Of a DNA stretch of 32,000 nt, positions 25,192 to 32,000 are shown one piece after another (the stretch's first letter is position 1; each line of letters begins with the position of its first letter). The notes under the pieces are model-generated. The model was not told the DNA's origin. It searched no databases and saw only the letters and a list, made by a program, of their open reading frames with translations. Source of the DNA: Candidatus Arthromitus sp. SFB-rat-Yit (GTDB taxonomy: Bacteria > Bacillota > Clostridia > Clostridiales > Clostridiaceae); contig NC_016012.1 of assembly GCF_000283555.1 (NCBI RefSeq), positions 870,001-902,000 on the forward strand, read 5' to 3'. Made by a program: the position numbers and the translations under genes.

Positions 25192-26928
25192 TTAATCCAT
25201 ACATTTCTTTATTAAATTTAATACATTTTCTTCAAACTCTTCCATCTTAGCAGATATATCTTCCTTACTATTACTTCTAACGCTCATATAAAATTTAATC
25301 TTCGGTTCCGTTCCCGAAGGTCTAGCTGCAAACCAACTTCCATCTCCAAACAAAACTTTCAAAACATTCGATGAAGGTAAATCTATTTTACTTTTTATAT
25401 TATTTATCACATCTTTTTCCACTCCACATTTATAATCTTGGACCTTAACTGTAATCATATTTTCAATATCAATTCGATCCATCCTTCTCAATTTTTCCAG
25501 ACAATTAGAGATCTTATCTTGCCCTTCTTTACCACTCAACTCCATAGAAACTAATTTTTCAAGCGAGAAACCATATTTACTATATAAACATTCCAAAGCA
25601 TCACATAAAGTTTTTCCATTCTTTTTATAATACAACGTCATCTCTGCTATAATATTCGTTGCAATAACAGCATCTTTATCTCTCACAAAATCCCCTAGTA
25701 AATATCCATAACTCTCTTCAAATCCAAAAATATATTCTCCGCTATTATCACTTTCAAACTCTTTTATCTTTTCTCCTATATATTTAAAACCAGTTAATAC
25801 CTCAATTAAATTAACCCCATAACAACTACAAATATTTTTAATAACGTCAGTTGTTACAATAGTTTTAATAATAGTAGATTTGTTATTAAGTTTTCCTTGC
25901 TCCTTCAAAGAACACAATATATACTCAGATAATAAAATTCCTATTTGATTACCCGTAAAAAATTTATACTCACCATTTTTATCTCTAGATACAACTCCTA
26001 CTCTATCGCAATCTGGATCAGTTGCTAAAATCAAATCGCTATTATTTTGATTAGCTAATTTTATAGATAAATCAAACACATCCTCAAGTTCAGGGTTCGG
26101 ATATGATACAGTAGGAAAATTTCCATCAGGATTACTTTGTTCTTTTACAACTTCAACATTAATATACCCTAATTCATCTAGAACTTTTGTAACTGGAACA
26201 AGACCAGATCCATGAAGTGGGGTATACACTATTTTTAATTCTTGGCTATGATTCTTAACCAAATCTTTTCTTATAACCAAGCTTTTAACTTTATCAAAAT
26301 ATTTCCTATCTATTTCTTCCCCTATATACTCAAGTTTAAGTTCATTAATAGCTTCATCTTCTCTTAAAATATTTATATCTTCAAATATGTCAACCTCACA
26401 TATTTTTTCATAAACTTCATTCGCTAGCTCATCTGTTAATTGACCTCCATCCTCTCCATAAACCTTATAACCATTATATTCCTTAGGATTATGTGAGGCT
26501 GTTATAACAACCCCTCCCTTACACTTAAGTTCCCTAAGTGCAAAAGAAAGCATAGGAGTTGGTCTCAAACTTTCATACAAATAAACTTTTATACCATTAG
26601 TCGCAAAAATAAGTCCCGCCCTTTTCGCAAACTCACTAGATTTATTTCTTGAATCATATGCTATAGCCACACTTATATCTTGATTCTTATATTTATCTTT
26701 CAAAAAATTTGCATACCCTTGTGTAACCTTACCTACTGTGTAAATATTAATCCGATTTATACCAGATCCAATTATACTTCTAAGTCCACCTGTTCCAAAT
26801 TCTAACTCTTTATAAAATCTATCTTCTAATTCCTTTTCGTCTAAATCATATATTTCTTTTTTATAATCTTCGCTAATATTATTAGATGACAACCACTTAT
26901 CTGCCAACTTTTTATACAAAATTACCAC
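25192..26928 (-). CDS. pgcA: Phosphoglucomutase / phosphomannomutase (alpha-D-phosphohexomutase family, PgcA-like)
   Basis: 578 aa with active-site loop TASHNPKEYNGYK and metal-binding ATDPDCDRVG. The codon at 26928 is GTG. A TTG at 26919 with GAGGTG 6 nt upstream is an equally plausible start. Confidence 0.9.
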   Translation of the reverse strand: MVILYKKLADKWLSSNNISEDYKKEIYDLDEKELEDRFYKELEFGTGGLRSIIGSGINRINIYTVGKVTQGYANFLKDKYKNQDISVAIAYDSRNKSSEFAKRAGLIFATNGIKVYLYESLRPTPMLSFALRELKCKGGVVITASHNPKEYNGYKVYGEDGGQLTDELANEVYEKICEVDIFEDINILREDEAINELKLEYIGEEIDRKYFDKVKSLVIRKDLVKNHSQELKIVYTPLHGSGLVPVTKVLDELGYINVEVVKEQSNPDGNFPTVSYPNPELEDVFDLSIKLANQNNSDLILATDPDCDRVGVVSRDKNGEYKFFTGNQIGILLSEYILCSLKEQGKLNNKSTIIKTIVTTDVIKNICSCYGVNLIEVLTGFKYIGEKIKEFESDNSGEYIFGFEESYGYLLGDFVRDKDAVIATNIIAEMTLYYKKNGKTLCDALECLYSKYGFSLEKLVSMELSGKEGQDKISNCLEKLRRMDRIDIENMITVKVQDYKCGVEKDVINNIKSKIDLPSSNVLKVLFGDGSWFAARPSGTEPKIKFYMSVRSNSKEDISAKMEEFEENVLNLIKKCMD

Positions 26929-26979
26929 CTCATCAAGATAACATTAATTAATATCTTGATTATACTACATCCATGGGAA

Positions 26980-27020
26980 TATATAAATATAACAGTACAA
27001 ACAAGACGATTTGTACTGTT
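26980..27020 (-). terminator. Rho-independent terminator after the bL25/ctc gene
   Basis: AACAGTACAAA - 8 nt loop - TTTGTACTGTT, followed on the minus strand by ATATTTATATATT. Confidence 0.6.
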
Positions 27021-27031
27021 ATATAACACAA

Positions 27032-27625
27032 TTAATTAATCCCCGATTCAGTTGGTGGTATAACTTCACTCGAATCATCAACAACATTTTTAGCAAAATT
27101 TATCGAAGCTACTACAGATTCTAAACTATCCAATATAGTTATTTCATCTCCTATTTCCATATCAGAAATCCTAACAGCGTGTCCTAACATCTGTTCCTTT
27201 ATAACCAAATCAATTTTATCCGGTATTTTACTTGCCTTACATCTAACCTTTATGCTACTTTTTTCCTTTTGTATAAATGCACCGTTTTTAGTTGCCACAA
27301 ATTCATTAATATAATTAACTGGAATTTCTGCATTAATTACTTTATCCCCATTAAAACATTCAAAATCAACATGTAAAATATTATTTGTAATATGACATTT
27401 CTGAATTTCCTTGATTATTGCGTTGTATTTCTTACCTTCAACATTTACCTCTACAGTATTATGTTCACACCCATGAGCAATTAATTCTTCCACATCTCTT
27501 TTATTTAAAACTATTTTAGTCGATGGAATATCCGTCCCATAAATATTGCCAACAACCTTACCTTCTTTTCTTAATCTTTTAGTTGATCCTTTTGTTGTCC
27601 CATTATTAATCATTGCGTTTATCAT
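27032..27625 (-). CDS. ctc: 50S ribosomal protein bL25 / general stress protein Ctc
   Basis: KRLRKEGKVVGNIYG is the N-terminal L25 motif, followed by a two-domain Ctc-length protein. I moved the start from 27655 to the ATG at 27625 (GGGAG RBS 8 nt upstream). Confidence 0.85.
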   Translation of the reverse strand: MINAMINNGTTKGSTKRLRKEGKVVGNIYGTDIPSTKIVLNKRDVEELIAHGCEHNTVEVNVEGKKYNAIIKEIQKCHITNNILHVDFECFNGDKVINAEIPVNYINEFVATKNGAFIQKEKSSIKVRCKASKIPDKIDLVIKEQMLGHAVRISDMEIGDEITILDSLESVVASINFAKNVVDDSSEVIPPTESGIN

Positions 27626-27760
27626 TTTATCAACTCCCTTTGTCTGTATTATCACACTTTTAAATATTTCTTATACAACTTTTTTAACTTGTAGAAAATT
27701 TCTTCAATGTTATTGTAGAAATTATAATTTGTGTTATTATAACCATTAGTAATTGATATT

Positions 27761-29239
27761 TTGAAAGGATGGTTTAAAACTTTGTATAAACTAGATCAAA
27801 ACAAAACACCAATTTTCGATTCACTAATGAATTATGTATATAATGACACGGTTCCATTCCACGTTCCTGGACATAAAAAAGGAATTGGTATACCTAATGA
27901 ATTTAAAAATTTTATTGGACAAAACGCATTTAAGATAGATGTTACAGTATTTAAATCAGTCGATAGTTTGCATCATCCTACATCGTCTATAAAAGAAGCA
28001 GAAGAATTAGTCGCAGATGCATATAATTCCGATCATTCATTTTTCTGTATAAACGGAACCACCGTTGCAATACAGGCAATGATAATGTCTTCAGTATCTA
28101 ATGGCGATAAAATATTAATCCCTAGGAATATCCATAAATCAATAACAGCTGGCATTATTTTAAGCGGTGCAATACCTATATACATGAATCCAGATATTGA
28201 TGAATTTCTTTCTATTTCACACGGAATATCGTTCAATACAGTAAAAGAATCTCTAGAAAATAATCCTGATGTTAAAGCAGTTTTATTAATAAATCCAACA
28301 TATTACGGAGTTTCAACTGATATTAAAAAGATCGCTGAACTCGTTCATTCATACAATATTCCATTACTTGTGGATGAAGCTCACGGTCCCCATTTAATTT
28401 TTAATGATAAATTGCCAATATGTGCCATGGATGCTGGAGCTGATATATGTGCTCAAAGTACTCACAAGATAACTTCTTCACTAACACAAGGATCATTCCT
28501 GCATGTAAAATCAAAATATATCGAATCATCAAGGGTAAGACAAAATTTGAATTTATTACAGACAACATCCCCATCATATATAATACTCGCATCTCTTGAC
28601 TGTACAAGAAAACAACTTGTATTTTCTGGAAGAGAATTACTAAATCATTCAATTGAACTTGCAAATTATGCAAGAAAAGAAATAAACAAAATAGACTCTT
28701 TCTACTGTTTTGGTGAAGAATTAAAGAATGATGAAGGATTTTTCACATTTGATCCAACAAAAATCACAATTAATTGTAGAAAACTTGGAATGAGTGGATA
28801 CGAACTTGAAAAAATACTTGCATCAAAATATAAGATTCAATTAGAAATGGCTGACGCATACAACGCATTAGCTGTTGGATCTTTCGGAGATACAAAAGAA
28901 AATATAGATAAATTAATAAATGCTCTCAAAGACATAAGAACAAATACTGAAAAAACAAAAACAAACACCTTTTCAATAACTGTACCTAAAATTCCTAAAC
29001 AAATTTATTCTCCAAGAGAAGCGTTTCAAGCAAATAAAACATCAGTTAAACTTAAAGAAAGTGTAGGAAAAATTAGTGGAGAATTTCTACTTGCATATCC
29101 TCCTGGAATTCCTGTTCTATGTCCAGGTGAAATAATTACAGACGAGATAATTGAATATATCGAACATATCAAATCTTTAGGCTTATTTGTTCAAGGCACT
29201 GAAGACCCTAAAATCGAAAATATCAAAATATTAAATTAA
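27761..29239 (+). CDS. PLP-dependent Orn/Lys/Arg decarboxylase family protein (YaaO/SpeA-like)
   Basis: 492 aa with VPFHVPGHKKG near the N-terminus, PLP-lysine motif STHKITSSLTQGS, and a C-terminal OKR_DC_1_C-like region (YPPGIPVLCPGE). The start is ambiguous: TTG at 27761 has no obvious RBS, and TTG at 27782 follows AAAGGA. Confidence 0.85.
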   Translation: MKGWFKTLYKLDQNKTPIFDSLMNYVYNDTVPFHVPGHKKGIGIPNEFKNFIGQNAFKIDVTVFKSVDSLHHPTSSIKEAEELVADAYNSDHSFFCINGTTVAIQAMIMSSVSNGDKILIPRNIHKSITAGIILSGAIPIYMNPDIDEFLSISHGISFNTVKESLENNPDVKAVLLINPTYYGVSTDIKKIAELVHSYNIPLLVDEAHGPHLIFNDKLPICAMDAGADICAQSTHKITSSLTQGSFLHVKSKYIESSRVRQNLNLLQTTSPSYIILASLDCTRKQLVFSGRELLNHSIELANYARKEINKIDSFYCFGEELKNDEGFFTFDPTKITINCRKLGMSGYELEKILASKYKIQLEMADAYNALAVGSFGDTKENIDKLINALKDIRTNTEKTKTNTFSITVPKIPKQIYSPREAFQANKTSVKLKESVGKISGEFLLAYPPGIPVLCPGEIITDEIIEYIEHIKSLGLFVQGTEDPKIENIKILN

Positions 29240-29240
29240 A

Positions 29241-29283
29241 AAATTAAAAGAGTCACATTTATCAAATGTGACTCTAAATTTTC
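29241..29283. terminator. Bidirectional terminator (decarboxylase on +, rpsU on -)
   Basis: AGAGTCACATTT - atca - AAATGTGACTCT, a 12-bp perfect stem flanked by A/T runs. Confidence 0.7.
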
Positions 29284-29431
29284 ACTTTCAAACAATCACT
29301 TACCCTTAAAACTATTATTTAAAAAATAATTTAAAACTAAAATTTATAACTTAATTTGCAGCTCATCGAGGAGGGTGTAACCACCACAAAATATAACAAT
29401 TAATAACTGCTATTCCTCTATATATAATTTG

Positions 29432-29608
29432 CTATTTAAATTTTCTCTTTCTTGCGGCTTCAGATTTTTTCTTTCTCTTAACGCTTGGTTTAACATAATG
29501 TTCTCTTTTTTTAACTTCAGACAAAACCCCAGCTCTTGCACACTTTCTCTTAAATCTTTTTAATGCACTTTCCAAAGACTCATTTTCTCCAACTTTTATT
29601 TCAGACAT
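29432..29608 (-). CDS. rpsU: 30S ribosomal protein bS21
   Basis: [58 protein letters not shown], 58 aa. I trimmed the track ORF to the ATG at 29608, which is preceded by GGAGGGAGGG. Confidence 0.95.
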   Translation of the reverse strand: MSEIKVGENESLESALKRFKRKCARAGVLSEVKKREHYVKPSVKRKKKSEAARKRKFK

Positions 29609-29811
29609 ATATTTCCCTCCCTCCGCTAGTACAAAATACAAACCTTATACTCATTTTGGGTTAGCGATTTCATCTAGAATTATACAATAAATAGTTTTTT
29701 ATGTCAATAAAGAAAACTTCAAGTATAAATCAGTTTTCAAAACTATATTAAATGATTTAGGCTATAATTAATTATGTACTTTTTTTAAATTAATTATTAC
29801 ATTTATTAAAA

Positions 29812-30939
29812 TTATTTTTGAGAATTTAAAACATCTATTGGATTAAAATTATATGTTGCAGATGGATTGGAAAATATGAAATAAAATTCTTTAGATCCAT
29901 CAACAATATATTTCGCAATATTTACACCATCAACGTTTGACATATTCCTCGTCCTTCCGAGTTTTACAATTATATCAAAGAAATTCATACCACTTTTTAT
30001 TTCAGATAATTGAGATGAAGTTATAGCTCTAATTTTATTCCCTTTAGTTAATAACTCCGAATAAAATAAATTTAAATCAATCTTCTTGAAAATTATATTC
30101 ATTCCTTTAATTCTATCTAAAAATTCTGTATTGTCAGCAATATTCAAAACTATATTAACCATTCTTTGAGTTGTCTTATCTTTTTGATATAGAGAATTCC
30201 AGTAATTGAGTCCATCAGAATCAGCTTCTCTATTAAATAATACCTTATATATTTCACCAATAAATTGTTTATCAGAAAGCTTTCTAGCCTTAAATTCATC
30301 TAATTTTATAAATTCATTTATTAAATCTATTGCTCCTTTATCATGTGACGTCAATTGACCTTTCCAGTAATTAAATCCTTCGCTATCATAATTTCTTCCT
30401 AAAAGATACTTATATGCATCACTTATAAATTCCTCAAGATCACTTAACTTTTCTGGCTGTACTACGATCTCCTGCTTAAATTTTTTAAATAAAATTCCTA
30501 AATTATTTATCTCACTCATAAATTCTTCACTATGAGCCATATCATTAATCAATTTTAATCTTTCACTTTTTGATTCACTATCTCCCAATACAGAAACCCA
30601 ATAATCAAATCCATCTTGATCAGCTTCTCTATTTAATAACAACTCATAATTTTTATTTATAAATTCCTCATTAGACACATTAAGTTCATCAAACTCAGGC
30701 TGATCCAAAATTTGATTTAATAAATCCAAAACACCAATTTCTTCATTTAGTACCTTGTTTATCCAATAATATTTTCCTTCTTCATCAGCCTCTCTATTGA
30801 AAATTATTGAATATATATTTTCAACAATTTTATATAAATAATCTTCTTTTGTTTGAGCAAATGATGTGGTCGATCCTAAACATATTGATATTGATAGTAA
30901 ACTACCAAAAATAATTTTTTTAATATTATTCTTTCTCAT
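29812..30939 (-). CDS. Secreted protein with four DUF4214-type repeats
   Basis: Signal peptide MRKNNIKKIIFGSLLSISICLGSTTSFAQ. There are four copies of the [IL]-[FL]-N/G-R-x-x-D-x-x-G-x-x-Y-W motif (NREADEEGKYYW, NREADQDGFDYW, GRNYDSEGFNYW, NREADSDGLNYW). Start set at the ATG at 30939 (AAAGGG RBS). Confidence 0.75.
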   Translation of the reverse strand: MRKNNIKKIIFGSLLSISICLGSTTSFAQTKEDYLYKIVENIYSIIFNREADEEGKYYWINKVLNEEIGVLDLLNQILDQPEFDELNVSNEEFINKNYELLLNREADQDGFDYWVSVLGDSESKSERLKLINDMAHSEEFMSEINNLGILFKKFKQEIVVQPEKLSDLEEFISDAYKYLLGRNYDSEGFNYWKGQLTSHDKGAIDLINEFIKLDEFKARKLSDKQFIGEIYKVLFNREADSDGLNYWNSLYQKDKTTQRMVNIVLNIADNTEFLDRIKGMNIIFKKIDLNLFYSELLTKGNKIRAITSSQLSEIKSGMNFFDIIVKLGRTRNMSNVDGVNIAKYIVDGSKEFYFIFSNPSATYNFNPIDVLNSQK

Positions 30940-30966
30940 ATTTAACCCTTTCAAACTTGATGTCTA

Positions 30967-31308
30967 TTAACAAAATGTCGGTGAAAGCTCTTCTCCTCCA
31001 ACAATATGAAAATGTAAATGTTTTACAGATTGGAAAGCATGTCCTCCACAATTATTTACAACCCTGTATCCTGTTTCTTCTATATTAAGAATCTTAACTA
31101 TTTTCTTTATTGCCAGAAAAATATTCTCAATATATGAAATATTATTTTCATCAACATCATTTAAACTTTGAATATGTATCTTAGGAATCACAAGCACATG
31201 ATTAGCTGCAGAAGGGTAAATATCCTCAAATGCAATTACAAAATCATTTTCATAAATTATTTTACACGGAACTTCGCCTTGAATTATTTTACAAAATATA
31301 CATTCCAT
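30967..31308 (-). CDS. HIT-family (histidine triad) nucleotide hydrolase
   Basis: 113 aa. N-terminal CIFCKII and histidine triad HLHFHIVGG. Confidence 0.9.
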   Translation of the reverse strand: MECIFCKIIQGEVPCKIIYENDFVIAFEDIYPSAANHVLVIPKIHIQSLNDVDENNISYIENIFLAIKKIVKILNIEETGYRVVNNCGGHAFQSVKHLHFHIVGGEELSPTFC

Positions 31309-31322
31309 ATTTATATATCCTC

Positions 31323-32000
31323 CTATTTTAAATGTTGTCCAATAAGATAATCATCTTTTAAATCAATGATATGTGTTGATACAATTTCCCCTAAATATTC
31401 TTTACCAGCATTTAAAACAACTTTTGTATAATTTTTTGTATATCCATAAACTCCACTACCATCTGAAATGGATGTACAATATAATACATCTAATGTTTGT
31501 CCTAAGTATTTCTTTTGAAAACCAAACTTGTTTACTTTATTAAGTTCTATAAGCTTTTTGCTTCTTTCATCTTTTATCCGTTCATCAACTTGGTTTTCCA
31601 TCTCAGCTGCCTTTGTTCCACTTCTTTTGCTATATTTAAACACATGCATATCTTGAAGTTTTATATTTTTCAAAAACTCATATGTTTCATTAAATTCACT
31701 ATCAGTTTCAGCTGGAAATCCAACTATAATATCAGTTGTTATACTAACATCATTAATTTCTCTTCTAAGATCTTCCACAACTCTCTTATAAAGAGCAACA
31801 TCATACTTCCGCCTCATTCTCTTTAATACTGAATCACATCCACTCTGGAGTGATAAATGAAAATGTGGCATAAATTTTTTAATTTTGCTGATTCTTACAA
31901 TAATTTCTGTCGTAAAAAATTCTGGATCAACTGATCCAACTCTAATTCTTTCAAGTCCATCTATCTCATCAAGCAGTTCTATTAAACTAACCAAATTAAT
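31323..32000 (-). CDS. mtaB: tRNA t6A37 methylthiotransferase MtaB (MiaB-like radical SAM), C-terminal part; gene continues past the right edge
   Basis: The reading frame is open to the window edge, and the track's M at 31994 is a TTG Leu codon. The sequence covers the radical-SAM barrel distal half (RIRVGS..P, HLSLQSG, GFPAETD) plus a C-terminal TRAM-like domain. Its position upstream of rpsU matches Bacillus yqeV. Confidence 0.8.
   Translation of the reverse strand: MNLVSLIELLDEIDGLERIRVGSVDPEFFTTEIIVRISKIKKFMPHFHLSLQSGCDSVLKRMRRKYDVALYKRVVEDLRREINDVSITTDIIVGFPAETDSEFNETYEFLKNIKLQDMHVFKYSKRSGTKAAEMENQVDERIKDERSKKLIELNKVNKFGFQKKYLGQTLDVLYCTSISDGSGVYGYTKNYTKVVLNAGKEYLGEIVSTHIIDLKDDYLIGQHLK

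Noticed and set aside
29340-29400. GC-rich patch GCAGCTCATCGAGGAGGGTGTAACCACCAC in the ORF-free 190-bp region downstream of rpsU. On the rpsU strand it reads ...CACCCTCCTC..., complementary to the rpsU RBS GGAGGGAGGG.
   Set aside because: It contains only a 4-bp local hairpin (GGTG/CACC). On the plus strand GAGGAGG is followed directly by GTG-TAA, so there is no ORF. A 3'UTR/5'UTR pairing idea is pure speculation from about 8 nt of complementarity to a generic SD sequence. It could be revisited with RNA-seq.
5575-30954. N-terminal extensions of track ORFs: 5575..6303, 6356..7048, 15093..16502, 24113..25204, 27032..27655, 29432..29641 and 29812..30954.
   Set aside because: In each case an internal ATG is preceded by a good Shine-Dalgarno sequence at 5-10 nt and gives the N-terminus expected for the family. 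The extension runs through promoter or leader sequence or overlaps the upstream gene. I trimmed the starts accordingly.
852-31826. About 25 short ORFs in the six-frame track lie antisense to, or nested within, larger genes. Examples: 852..1166+, 2285..2473-, 3044..3283-, 3882..4073+, 3995..4189+, 4491..4685+, 4942..5127+, 6498..6689+, 8049..8249-, 9299..9487+, 10045..10230+, 10966..11334+, 11542..11742+, 12580..12792-, 13394..13618-, 13449..13694-, 16522..16716+, 17281..17487+, 18511..18693-, 19020..19247-, 19327..19509-, 20017..20349+, 23806..24012+, 27546..27749+, 28033..28236-, 28401..28673-, 31168..31350+, 31515..31826+.
   Set aside because: All overlap a longer ORF with clear family motifs. 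Their translations are low-complexity I/L/F/K/N-rich, as expected for shadow frames in AT-rich DNA, and none has a convincing RBS. I treated them as non-coding.
1-32000. Selenoprotein genes (in-frame TGA) near selC.
   Set aside because: No pair of adjacent same-frame ORFs separated by a single TGA is visible. All family-assigned genes appear full length without read-through. No formate dehydrogenase or glycine or proline reductase gene is present.
1-32000. CRISPR arrays, transposases or IS elements, prophage genes, toxin-antitoxin pairs and known defence-system signatures.
   Set aside because: I saw no regularly spaced direct repeats, no DDE or serine/tyrosine recombinase-like ORFs, and no nuclease, helicase or methyltransferase clusters. 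The A/T homopolymers of 8 nt inside 22106..23371 and the pdaA-like gene are ordinary for this base composition.

Overview
AT-rich (roughly 30% GC by eye) chromosomal segment from a Firmicutes anaerobe, Clostridia/Tissierellia-like. It is densely coded, mostly on the minus strand, and largely housekeeping. Left to right: (1) the end of a dcw cell-division cluster, with rsmH, an ftsL-like gene and the 5' part of a PBP/FtsI gene, and no mraZ; (2) an M16 zinc-peptidase pair; (3) an isolated tRNA-Sec (selC, anticodon UCA) with a consensus promoter; (4) four paralogous genes for small secreted Thr/Gly/Asn-rich proteins of unknown function; (5) a heterodimeric ABC exporter with one degenerate ATP site; (6) a complete [FeFe]-hydrogenase module, hydA convergent with hydE-hydG-hydF; (7) ychF; (8) a pdaA-like deacetylase; (9) a cell-surface glycopolymer cluster (phosphoglucomutase, TPR protein, TagA-family transferase, unassigned 421-aa protein, GT4, Wzy/O-antigen-ligase-like membrane protein); (10) bL25/Ctc; (11) a PLP-dependent Orn/Lys/Arg-type decarboxylase; (12) rpsU; (13) a DUF4214-repeat secreted protein; (14) a HIT protein; (15) the 3' part of mtaB. 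The only clearly accessory, unexplained locus is the secreted-protein paralog cluster at 4887..8111. Two of its genes share a near-identical promoter/5'-leader cassette, and one carries a G9 homopolymer inside its signal-peptide codons, so it is a candidate phase-variable, diversifying surface or secreted protein family. I found no CRISPR array, transposase, integrase or recognisable defence system.
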